NCBI GenBank assembly: GCA_965235115.1
Contig: OZ249436.1
Coordinates: 53,942,001 to 54,006,000 of the forward strand
Source of the DNA: Laetmonice hystrix
Taxonomy: Eukaryota
DNA length: 64,000 bases
Direction of reading: 5' to 3'
In this document: positions 1-11,971 of the stretch, piece by piece
How the letters are laid out: each line of letters begins with the position of its first letter
Numbering within the stretch: position 1 is the first letter of the stretch
Notes under the pieces: model-generated
Told to the model about the DNA's origin: nothing
Seen by the model: only the letters and a program-made list of their open reading frames with translations
Database searches by the model: none
Translations under genes and position numbers: made by a program

Positions 1-10
1 CTAAACATAC

Positions 11-3000
11 CTTTTTATCACAGTCTGGTTTGGAACACACCTGCTTCTCATACGTCGACGCCAGTGATGTCCCCTGGAGTTTTAGTTTTTCACCTTAAAT
101 CCAATATAGAGCCTATGAGGAACAACAGCCCTTACGGCATCCAATATAATCTATGACGAAATGATCACTCGAATATCTGTCCTAATGGAACTCCGATTGT
201 CATTAAGGAATTAAGCACACCAAGAAAGCAGAAATTACCAAGGACATATCCATTCACGCAATGTCTTCATCATTGTATATCAAGTAGCATACCTTACGCA
301 GATTTGCCAGGGTTAATTATAATGAATTATGAAGTTTAGGTTACTACACTGACTGCACTTTGTTATAACTTACGTGCATTTACAACCTGAATCGCTTCGT
401 CTGCTGTCGATGCCTGCACAGCTGTTGCGCCAACTCCCTTCTTCTCTAACGTCAACGTCTGCCTGTGACGGGACATGCGGCAATTTTTTCAGATTGAAGT
501 CGTAATAACGAGTTAATGACGTCACTAAGTGGTCATTTCGAGATCACCACAAAGTATTTTCTCTGAAACGAACGTGATTAACGCGTAATAACGACTTAGT
601 GACGTCATTAGGTCGTAATAACGAGTTAATGACGTCACGAAGTGGTAATTTCGAGATCACCACATTTTTTCTCTGGAACGAACGCGATTAACTCGTAATA
701 ACGACTTAGTGACGCCATTAAGTCGTAATAACGAGTTAATGGCATCACTAAGTGGTAATTTCGAGATCACCACAATTTTTTTCTCTTTATGTCCCCAACA
801 GGGCTCCGTAGAATAGGTTATACCCCATTAAATCAGAATCACCAACACAGCATCTTAATATAGGCCTACAGGCCTGCGACGAACTATCGTACGGGAGCCT
901 ATTGTATAGTCTACAGGCCGATGCCTACCTATCCTCTTGCCGACTACTTTGTGCCCAAAGTAGGCTACCTCTGTATGTCAGCCTACACGGATCGATACAT
1001 ACGTGGCCTGAACGCTGGTTGCCAGGTTGTCTCGTATATTCAATCTGTGTACGTGTTTCTCCTCGGTCTCTACTGTCTGAATGACGTCATCCTTGGAGAG
1101 AGTGGTCGTGCTCTTCACCGCTGACGTCACATGTACGGCCAGTATAGGCTGAACATTCGAAAACTGGCCCACCGACCGCGAAGACACGCAACCAGTCTTG
1201 GTTTTGGAAATAGTAAGCCCCTCTACTTTATATGTCGTTGAACACTCTCCACTTGCGTCGGTCTTGAACAGAAAACGAAGAAAATGACTGGTTTAGTCAG
1301 CCTTCTGAGAGAGTGACATTATCAAGGTAACGGACAGCGACGAGACTGAGCGTCATAACTGTGATCGTCAATGGGGAATCACATTTCAACTTGGGAAGGT
1401 ATTTTAAAAGGTAATACTAAAAGTCTTAACAAAATTAATATCGCCTTTTTGAATATCAACCTTTGATTTCAATACTTCTACCTATAGGCCTACCAATAAA
1501 ATTAAGTCGGACAGACAATACGATAGACAGATACTTATAAATATATATGGTGGCATTGTGCGCCAGCTGGGGATGAGCCCTACCTCTGTTTTCCGCCCGT
1601 TTTCTCTGTTTATCTGGAACAGGCTTATGATGCCCTTCTTAATATTAACACTCCAGTCGGCGTCCCTTTCGGCCGAGTAAACCTGTCGTATCTCGGTACC
1701 GTCCCATTGGGCAAGGATCGGGTACCGCGTCAGTGATTTTAGATTGTGATGTTTCTGAGGGTTGGAGGCACTCTCCAGACTAGATGTCACTATCTGTACA
1801 ATGAGAAAGGGTTGTCCCCATGGGTGATGCAAGACGGTCAGAGGTACATAACACAACAGTGAATTAACTCATTAAAACATTTATCACAGCAGCAGCTCTC
1901 TATCTACATCATGCAGTGTTCTATAAGCTGCAAATTTCGGAGAGTCGTGTGCACAGAAACCATATATCATGACCGTCTCAATAATCATATTATTAATAAT
2001 ACTTTGGCGATAATTGTAAATACCCCTAGTACACAGATGCATCGTACTTTTTGCATTGGTTCCAGGGGCACCGGCTGGGTTAGCAATGGGACTGAGGGCT
2101 GAGGTATTGTCCCAAACAAACAGGCCTATATAGAGAGAGATTGCCAACCTTTTGTTTTCGTTACCCCTGATGAAAGGACTGCACATTGTGTACGTACCGA
2201 CAATTTTACCACCATGTGATTACCCTTGCTGAACACAGGCCTGAGGTTCACTTTACAGTTGAGAATAAATCCGACGTCTTTCTTCACTTGTGATGTGACG
2301 ACAGTATTTGGTTCGTTAAAGGTGACCCGTGTAATATATCCATAGGTAAAGGTGTGGCCTACTGGCATTTGTAGTGCAAGACCCAGGACTGGAAATCCAC
2401 TACCTGCAATGTAAGCCTTGGTGAAAAAAAGTATCTCAGCTTACCAGGAAACGTCATATCATAATTACGAAGTATAAACAAAGGCAATATGACCGCAATG
2501 ACCTTATGATTAATCAGCTCTGACAAAACTGAGCGAGGGACTATTTAACTTTCATCATGTGATGGGAACCCTCTTTTTGTGAGTCCTATATAGTTAACTT
2601 AGTGTTCTATACGACGTATCTCCACCATGTGGTAATTATGTTAACCTTTGTCACTTGTCCCTGCACTATTTGAGTGAGACAGTGCAGCGTTGGCAACTCT
2701 TATCTTGTCGGTATTTTTCGGCGGAATAGATGGGCACAATATTAGAATAATAGAAGTACAGTACAGTGCCAGATTTGGAGACACGCGCCCAATCAGATGA
2801 AAATCGACACAATCCACAGCATTAAACACAGCGAATTAAAATATTCAACATCAAAAGAAAATATTTATTTCAAGTGATTTTGTACCGTTGTACCTTCTAT
2901 TAATAATTGACAATGCAGTGATGCATGTCTTACAATTTACTTAAATCATATAGGCCTATGCATAGATCCCATGGCGGATCGGGGGGGGGGTAGGGATTTA

Positions 3001-3286
3001 ACCCCCCCCCGTCCGTAGCAAATTCTTCCCCTTAACCCCCCCCCCCTAACCAAAATGCTGGCTCCGCCCCTGGATCTACCATTCATCTTCAAATTCAACT
3101 TGACACAGTCTCACATGCAGTCTCTATACACAGTGGTTGATATCGTCTCTGTACAAATACCTCTATTACGCAAGTATATATATGCGTACGTCACCCATAA
3201 TACAGAACTCCACTGCCCGACCACTGTGAACAATACTTACTGAAATGGAATATAGCAGCGAGGATCACGCCAGCTCGCAGTTCCAT
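11..3286 (-). CDS. MTTP: Microsomal triglyceride transfer protein large subunit, 5' part (6 exons; continues beyond window start)
   Basis: Exons 3286-3241, 2403-2198, 1793-1584, 1262-1003, 462-374 and 93-11, all GT-AG and phase-consistent. Signal-peptide-like start MELRAGVILAAIFHF. Segments VNIKKGIISLFQ and DASGECSTTY...VETEEKH resemble vertebrate MTP (ENIKRGLASLFQ, DISGNCKVTY, VLAEETH), from recall. Confidence 0.85.
463..810. mobile_element. Non-autonomous DNA element with internal ~110-bp tandem repeats in MTTP intron 4
   Basis: About 2.6 copies of a 113/110-bp unit (starts at 501, 614, 724), each with internal inverted repeats (TAATGACGTCACTAAGT / ACTTAGTGACGTCATTA). Right end ATGTCCCCAACAGGGCTCCGTA (789-810) has a partial inverted counterpart GCCTGTGACGGGACAT (461-476). 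Confidence 0.6.
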
Positions 3287-4160
3287 CCTTGAGTTGTTCG
3301 TAAAGCGGAGGCAAAAAGGGTCTGATTTGTGACCCAAAAGGAGCAACGATGTAGTGGCAACATAATCTGTGCACCTAACGAGCGTACATCGGGCTGTGGA
3401 GAGCGGGTCAGCAAGCAAAGTTCACGGTGACATAGTCCCTTGTCGGAGTCCGATTACGATAACTCGCGGTGATAAGAGTCCATCTATTGTCTTTCCCCCG
3501 ACTGGACCTCTCACGTCAAAGTGCAAACGCCGTCCAACTCTGATCTTTCACACTTATGACACGTAGGCCTACGCCGATACTTCAGAGGATCTGAGCGGGT
3601 CGGAGGTCAACCAAATGGGTTGATACCACGGCCCCCGTCCCTGCCGTGCTTGTTTTGGTAGCCGCGGTTCTCGGGACTGCAGACGGTCCCGTGATGATTA
3701 CGTGGCCGAGTCCGGGATGTCGATGGTGGGTGGGAGTGGAGTGTTGTCATATATAGGCCTAGGGCCTATAGTGGTCCCCGCGCACAGATCCGGATGCAGA
3801 GCCTGGTCGACTCACTTCATTCTCAGCCTAGACCTCATGAAGGCACGTGGTGTAGTGCAGGCGTCGAGTATTATCATGGAGAGCCAGTGTCGGCCTAATA
3901 AACACATCCTCATCGAGACTGACCCCCAGTGTCTCCGGCCAATGGTCCTCTGAGTCGGACCCCGGTTATTATGATGCAATGGGCAGTACCCCCCCCCCCC
4001 CCAATCCGTGTATGAACAAAGAAATAAAGAAAAGAAAAGCAAGATGAAAAGGCGAATATTGCACTTCCTGTAATCTGTGATGGGCTCTCCAAGGCTAGAG
4101 AGAGTCTACGCCTTCAAGGTGATGGAAGAGGAGGAATGGATATATAGACCTCTCTATGCC

Positions 4161-4421
4161 TACTGCCGTGCAATGACAAGAGGAAGCAAGTCCAACTTTT
4201 ATTAAAATCGAGTGTATATTTGGATTCAGGGAAGTAGGCCTAAGTCCTATCTATCAATCCATGGGTGTATTTTTGCTAAACATCCTTCTATGAAGCTATC
4301 AGGCGCATGACAGAAGGAAGCACGTCCATCCAAATACAGTGTAGAGACAACTTGTTCATGTCCATTTCTCGAAACTTCTCGAAGTTTTGGACTTGCTTCC
4401 TTTTGTCATTTCGCGGCAGTG
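4161..4421. mobile_element. MITE with ~35-bp TIRs, (C/T)ACTG termini
   Basis: TACTGCCGTGCAATGACAAGAGGAAGCAAGTCCAA pairs with TTGGACTTGCTTCCTTTTGTCATTTCGCGGCAGTG. A third subrepeat lies at ~4307-4328. Superfamily not determined. Confidence 0.55.
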
Positions 4422-4735
4422 TGTGATGACTGCATCCAGTATAGGCTAGGCTAGATGGGAACGCATAGTAGGCCTACGGCAGCATATATCCCTGAGATCA
4501 GCGGTCACTCGCGGTATTGATAACATATTATTATTTATCCCAGTGCATATGTCGGTACACACGGCGATGGGAACACGTGATTTGGCTAATTTTCAGAAAA
4601 TGGTTGTCGGCGTCGGGAGGCCTAGTCGTGCTATATAGACTATACTTGATGGCATTGGTATCGGCGGCACTCACATTTTTGTCACATTAGATGGTCGAAA
4701 ATGAAAATGCCATAGGCCTATTTGCATGAAGTATT

Positions 4736-4945
4736 ACACACGTCACGTGATACGTGATACGTGATGTTACATTAGACGTCACGTGATGTTATACATCACG
4801 TCACATGCCATGTGACGTTATTCGTGACATATGACGTTGTAAGTCACGTCACACGCCACGTTATAGTCTACGTGACGTTATACGTAGTTACGTCACACGT
4901 CACGTATGATGTGATTTGTTATGTCACATGCCACGTCATGTTACG
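4736..4945. repeat. Degenerate CACGT/GTGAC/TGACGT low-complexity array
   Basis: About 210 bp built from shuffled CACGTCAC, CACGTGAT and GTGACGTTA words. Confidence 0.75.
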
Positions 4946-5175
4946 TAAAGGCCGCCGCACACGACGAACATTTGTGCGCGAACATTTGTCTCCGAACAAA
5001 AATCCGCTCGTGTGCGGTGATCAAAACGCCGAGCGAACAATTGTTCGTCAGTATTTAACATGTTGAATACCGACGAACAATTGTTCGTTCGGCGTTTTGA
5101 TCACCGCACACGAGCGGATTTTTGTTCGGGAACAATTGTTCGCGCACAAATGTTCGTCGTGTGCGGCGGCCTTTA
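4946..5175. mobile_element. Fully palindromic MITE (PIF/Harbinger-Tourist-like)
   Basis: Near-perfect 230-bp palindrome TAAAGGCCGCCGCACACGACG...CGTCGTGTGCGGCGGCCTTTA centred on AACATGTT at 5057-5064, with TWA/TA flanks. Confidence 0.85.
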
Positions 5176-5696
5176 GAGACGCAACTGCAACAACTCGGCG
5201 ATTTTGGAGTCCGTACAGCGGTGATACCGTCGCCACGGGATGTTCGGCGGCATTGGCCTCCATGGCAGGGGTGTATGGACCAGGCCGGGGCTGGGGTGAC
5301 GCCCGCCCGTGAATGGGGCCCGTGGACTCGCTGGACCTTGACGCTGCTGGATCCGGACAGGTGGTCTTCATTCGGCTGCGCGGTGGAACTTGAAGACATG
5401 CAGAGAGGCCGCAGCGGTCAACAGTCCCCCAAATCTTCCAGAGCCAAGGTGGAGGCGGGTACATCGTTATCCCCGGGGGATGGGGTGCGCCAAAAGGTGA
5501 CGCCGAACTGGCCAGGGGAGAATTATTTCAAAGGGCGGCCCTGCGGGTGTGTTGGCATACGGTTTAGCTGGGAAGGCAGAAAAACCAGTGAGTCAGGAAG
5601 GGGTTAGAGGCAACCCAGAACCCTTCCCCAGAGAAGTCACAGTAAATCAGTAAACTTTGAGAATGTCCGGAAAGAGAAAATTGTATAGCACCCTAC

Positions 5697-5867
5697 TTTT
5701 CGACCTTTAGTAAAACCGGCCCCATGGACCGGTTCTACTAAAGGTCGATAATAACGACGTCGATAATTTAACATAGATCGAAGTGAATGGTTGCTAGGTC
5801 GTTGTTTTCGACCTAGCAACCCATTTATATGTTAAATATTTTCGACTCTTTAGTAAAACGGGCCCAG
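5697..5867. mobile_element. Hairpin MITE plus adjacent terminal fragment of the same family
   Basis: TGGACCGGTTCTACTAAAGGTCGA pairs with TCGACTCTTTAGTAAAACGGGCCCAG. Central stem GGTTGCTAGGTCG / CGACCTAGCAACC. A second copy of the right end sits at ~5697-5725. Confidence 0.65.
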
Positions 5868-6402
5868 CTGGATCATTTGCGATTTCTTCACCATTGCCAT
5901 TGCCAAAATGGAGGACTTCGCGGACGTGTGCGCTCTACTTAGGCGAGCTATCTCAGACAGCACCTCTAACTGCTCTCTCACACCCTCCCCCCGACTGGAT
6001 ATTATGTATACAGGAAAATGTCAATCACGATGCTCTATTTTAACTGTTCTCAGCTTTATGCCGGGGGAACAGAAAATATCATGAAGTCACAGGTGGGTCT
6101 TGGTCAGCAACCCTGCTTAATCATCAAAAACACTTCTGACCATAAAAATGTTTTATACATGTTTCTTTATTTTCCTCACCACAATTCAAATAATACATAG
6201 ACAAAAATCATCTCTTCCATTTTCAAGCAAGGAAAAGAATATAAATACTTATCTTTGAAAAAAGACGAACCAATTAGGGTAATGTAAATACCTGGCCTCA
6301 CTCAAACCTGGTTGTGATACATTCTCTATTTCTATAAGTTAGGTTTAAAAATGGTCAAGTGTTGAAGTCAGATCAAGATTAACAGTTGTTTGTCAGCAGT
6401 GA

Positions 6403-9400
6403 TCAAGAACTCGGAGGAGCTCCTTGGATGATGGCCCGAATCTCTGAGGCATCCTGTTGGAGGGTTTCATTCTTTGGATCTAGTTTCAGGGCAGCTTCAT
6501 AGTCCAGTAAACCTGACAACATAACAATCAAACATAATTGTATCCCTCCACCTTGTGACCTTTGCCTACCGGCTAAAACAGTTATAGACCAAATCTTACA
6601 TAGTGTATGGATAGAAATGGCACGTAATACGACCAGAATAAACCAAAACATGTTCTCACCTTCAGCGTACATTTCCAGCTGACAGAATGCTGTACCTCGA
6701 CGTACGTGGGCACGGATACGATTAGCCATATTCTGTGGCACTGGCGGGTTCAGCAATTCTAAGGCCTGTAGAAAGTAGGAATTTATCAATATCAGGTATA
6801 TAATTAAAGATAATAAAGGTAATGCATCTAAAGGTAATACATTTAAAATTACATAATCGACATGAGAGAAGTTTGAAGTTAATTTACCCCAGGTCAATCA
6901 CAACATCTGCTGCCGTTAAAACATTCAACTAAAATTTAGATTTGAAAAGGTAGGATCTCAACACAAGTCATCTTCAACTTATATATAGAGCTATTTTCCC
7001 CCACTTTATCCATGCAAAACAATCAGATAATCACATAGGAAAAAGTCTAATAAAACGTCATCATACCCGTTGGGAGTCCTCAATACACTTAAAGAAATTT
7101 CGCAGTTTCAGATGACAAGCTGCTCTATTGTTGTAGAGTCTGGCATTCATTATTAAGGAATCAAAGAATACTCAGCAGATTCATATACCGCCATAACACT
7201 AAATTCATATGGTAAATCTCAGGAAATACTGTGCCACAGAAGTTCTGTTGAAAGACTTGTCTTTCTCCCAATCTCTCAATAGCCTATGAAAATGAAATTG
7301 ATTTATTCTTCATAATCTAAGACAATTCCTTTTCCGAAAATCAAAATATAAACCTGGAGCCACGATACGAGCTGGTGAATAATAGCACAAAAAACGGCAG
7401 GATATTCTAATCAAGGAAATTTTGTCAGATAAAGGATACGCTGGCGATTTGTAGTTGAGACGGATGGCATGGGAATATGCATTTACTGCTGCTTGAAAGT
7501 TCCCTGCTTTGAAGAAATCACTGGAAATGAAATAATTCCTTAAAAATGTAGTACTTTTCAAAAAGAGAAAAGGTAGAGATAAATATATCAGTTTCATATA
7601 CATGTAACTCACACAGGATTTAAAAATTATTTGAAGTATGGTACATGCAGTAGCAGCAAATGGTCTTGGCTTCATTTCTATGGCGAGATAGCCCTCCTTA
7701 GAACAAAAAATCTTGAAATTATCTTTAATCACAGTTTCCTTTCAAGTTGGGAAAGGGCCACTTTGCGGTTTTCCACTTACTTTCCCTTATTACGGAGCCA
7801 TGTAGGATTTTTTTCCTCCTCTGTAAGGTCAGCATCTTCAAATGCCTGAATCCGGGAATTCTCTGCCTGTTTCTTGAGCCACTAAATGCAAAATATTAGA
7901 ATTTAGATTTATAAAGTGCCAGCATGTTAAAACGACATTGTGTACTGAATTAAAACTATGAATGGGGGCTAACGCTGACCCCTCACCCCTGAGTTATATT
8001 CCATTACAAGACTTTGGGTACCTATAAGGCACGGCTCAAAATTGACAAGAAGAAAAATCACCAAGTTGTTCACAAAAACTGCAGTGACATCAATGATACT
8101 GTCTTGTTTACCTCCTCCTCTTCCACAGCCGTTGATTCCCTTGCAGCTGTTGGGAAAACCCTGGCACTAAATGTCACACTGATCTTGCCAGATTCTCTAA
8201 CACTTTGGCCCTGTGCTTGCTCCTCAAAAATATTCCGGCTATTTCCTTTGGAAAACAGAGAAATATTAAAAAATTAAGTACTGTACTTGGGTATTTCTAT
8301 TTCTTAAAAAATGTTTGGTGCTAACACACATCAGTAACAGTGAATATAAAAAAAAGATTTTTTTTTCCAAAAGGTAAACCAAATCAAATATTTATAAGCC
8401 TATATTTGGTTTGAGCATTGCTGGAAGCTTCAGAAGACACTCATTTCATTTGCACAAGCAGTCTCCATGCTACAATACTACACGGCAAATCTCTTCTTCT
8501 CTATTAGTGGAGGGCCACAGTGGCTTGGTGGTCAGGACGAGAGCACGAGACTTGCTGCAAGGTCAGCTGTTGTCCCCGGGTACTCTGGTTTCCAGTAGTA
8601 AAACTGACCCCTTCAATTTGACCCTGGCCATTGCTAACTTGTGAAAATTTAAATCAAATCCAACCCTCTATGTTGGTCTTGAAACCTTTTATGATTTAAA
8701 ATGTTCAGAACGGCACAATAACATCTTTATTCTCAGACATTAGCATAATGATAGAGTTATGGGACCACATACTGAAGATACTGAGGCTGTTCGTCTGGAA
8801 AATCTAAGGTTTTTAATTTTGCTATTTTCACTGTTTTTTAAATACTTTTTTATGAGGAGGCCATAACCCAAACACCCATTTAAGAAATGCCAAACCAGCC
8901 AAAAATGAAAGCAAATGCTATATTTTCATTCCACCAAATTATAGCCAGTTTACAGAATATAAACACAAGGATATTTTTAAAGCTACATTTGACATCTGTG
9001 TCACTTTTTTATTTTCCTGATTCATGCTTACTTTATACGAAAAAATGTATAATTAACTTACCTTTTTTCTTGCTACTTTTTCTGGAACGCTGTTCTGTGC
9101 TGCCAACTGGACTTTTGTTATTTTCCCTCGCTACAGGTTTCTGCTGCCGCTCAGCTTCTTGTTCTTGTTGTGCAAGTAATTGTTGTTTTTCCTGAAGTGA
9201 AACACACAGTAAAAAGGGAAACTAACAAAAGGTATGTAGATGACAGTGGTGTTGAGTTTCTATTGATGGCCCAGAAACCCTATTTGTAGTAATAATTGCA
9301 CAATGCTTAGCACAATGCTTAGCCTACATTAAGGTAGAGAGGGCAGTTTTTTTCTTGTAATACTACTTTAAATTGGTAGAAAAGGATAGCCTGAACTGGC

Positions 9401-11936
9401 CTGACGCGTGCTGAGATAGGCCCATCCCACACTCGGAGCAATGCTGCAGATCTACAGAACACAGGTTTACAACAAACTTCCTGTTTGTAGCTGTGTGCAC
9501 AAAGTTGTCTCTTTGCAGCATGTTTTGGAACCAGAGATGTCTTGGGCTTTATTAGGAGCACAGAGACAGTCTTTAAGTCATTATAAGCGAGTCCTTCACG
9601 ACTGCAAAGACCTGCATATAACAGGTACACACAAGACTGTAAAATAGACATCAAAACTCAGGACAGGACACCTCCTTAAATCTCAAACAATTAACAAATG
9701 ATCTGCACTTACCAAATCTGCTTGCTGTTTGCATTCTTTTTTCCAATTCTCAATCTCTTGATTTGCTTGGTCAAGCTCAGCTTGCTTGTCTCCCTCAATC
9801 TTTGTTCGTCCAGCCTGTTCAATCTGATAATAAAAAAAAATCATGTCAGCACTGTTTCACTTTGTGTACACCAAAAGTCAATAATTAAACATTGTCATTT
9901 TAAAAGGGCTGTTAAAAGTAAGTTGGTTACAGGGCTAGTAAAAACCACCATCCTATCATTCAAGATGACTAAAATAAGTCTTTGAACGAGAAAAATTTAA
10001 TGTTTCGCCTTCCGACTGTATGAGTGTGGAGACGAGTAAGAAAAAAAACAACAGTCTGGGGCGATTGTACGCCTTGTAGGTTAACATCTTGTCCATTGTC
10101 CAGGAAACATTCCCCAGAAACAGACAGCAGATAATTATCGAGAGGTTCTCCAGTATTTGAAGAAAATATGATCATGACAAATTCGGGTTCAAAATGTACG
10201 GATGAGTTGTATTCAACGGTGAAACCAACAGTGTTGAAATTAAAGGATTTGGGGGCAAGTGAAATACTGTCAGGCAAGTGGCTTGTGGCTGCTGCTTGCC
10301 TGAAGGGCAAGTGAAGTTGGCCGATATTTTTTGAGCCCTGCCTTACATTATACATACTCTCATCTGCTCTTGGACTGCAAACTGCTGCTGTTCTCGAGTC
10401 TTCTCAGCCTTTTCTTTGGCCCTTTGCTCTGCCCTTTCTTGACTCCGTTCAATTGCAGACTGCCGTAATTGTGCCAGCTTTGATTTGTCATCTACAAAAT
10501 AAAACATTTTTTTTATAAATACAAATTCTTCACTTACATTATGTTTTGTCAACATCGATTTGTATAACTGGCATTAAAAAAAATCACCAATACTGACTGG
10601 CTGTTACATGCATGACTTGTGACTATTGGTGGAAGGGTTTTCTTTGAGGATGATTTTTTTTGCAGTTGAACCAAAGATTGTACTAGGATAAGATATCCGA
10701 CTCGCGGCCAAAAAGTGAGCCAGCGCGACAGTGGCGCCGCACGACGGCTAGTCACCTTAACTACAGTACAGGCCTTAGTGCGGCAACCTAGTTTTTGACA
10801 CCTCAGTTGATTAAAAGTATGCTCGCGGTGTGCATAGTTGGTTGATCGGGACAGGAATAGTGGCAAATGAAAGTAGAGATTCCAGGCTATGAGTTGGATA
10901 GAAATTAGACAGATTACATATAATTTTCATTTCTTTCGAGCTATGTAAACCATAGAAACGTGTAATGAAAACTTCCAAAAACGTGTGACCTTTCCGTGTT
11001 TGGCAGGCTCCCACGCAAAATCTGTCGCGACGACCTATACAAAAAAGTACCCAGAATTATTCCCCACATCGTAAGGTCTCCATAGATGTCTTCCTTTTAG
11101 CGAGACTCCTTATAGTTATGAATACAGTGAGCTTCGTTTGAAAATTTCAAAAGTGCCCAAAACCTGATAATGACGTTAAATATCACAACAGAAAGCCAGG
11201 TTCCAAGCTAAGCTCTGTCGGATCAGGGGCCTACGGTGATGTTTAAACAGGTAAATTATAATGCTATAATATTCTGAGAATATCTACTGACCTTTTAAGT
11301 TTCTGCTTATGTAGTATCTTTCGATAAAACGAGAGCTAGACAGCAAAAGAGTGCAGTCTACGTTAGATCTAGCCTTCTATTCAAGACTGCACCGCACGTC
11401 ATGTCTATGACGTCACAGCCACAGTTGACCTAACGAGGCACGCACTGTCGTTTTGTCAGTGAATTATGTATCAAAATACGTAGTTAACTACACTATGATG
11501 TCACAAGTGACAATGAAAGCACAAACAGATTGAACCCAAACTATAACTGTATAAATATAAACATAGAAAGTCTACAGTAGCCAATGCCGATTATCATTAT
11601 GAGGACAATGAACGTGTTGACGGCTCTACCAGCGGCCCACGACGCCCGGCCAGTACAGGTTTTTGAGCAGCAGCGGCAGCGCTCTGTTTCTAGAGTCTAA
11701 GTTACTCTAACTATAAAATAAATAGCCTAATAGGCCTAGGCTGTATAAGGATTGATTTTTATAACATTCGTGTTTGCATAAATATTAAGACTAACTGCCT
11801 AATCACACGTTGTGGGGTGTCAAGTGGTGGTAAGAACTGGATGACCTCCCAAGTTCCCAACTTACGGGCTAGGCTATGCTATGGAAACATCGGCACCGAC
11901 CGAGTTCCACCTCTGCAGGAGATTCAGAACAGGCTA

Positions 11937-11971
<35 letters not shown>

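Noticed and set aside
202..210. U12 branch-site-like TTCCTTAAT in an MTTP intron
   Set aside because: The donor is U2-type GTAAGT and the motif is over 100 nt from the acceptor.
499..786. CRISPR-like palindromic repeats
   Set aside because: The whole ~110-bp unit repeats with no variable spacer. It is the interior of a MITE-like element.
4812..5607. Overlapping ORFs of 71-161 aa on both strands
   Set aside because: They arise from the palindromic MITE and adjacent GC-rich DNA. No recognisable domain or splice structure; 5180-5620 remains unassigned.
10811..11040. Possible THAP-domain remnant (FCVGAC...) in the P-like element
   Set aside because: No downstream W or CxxHF motif and no sustained ORF.
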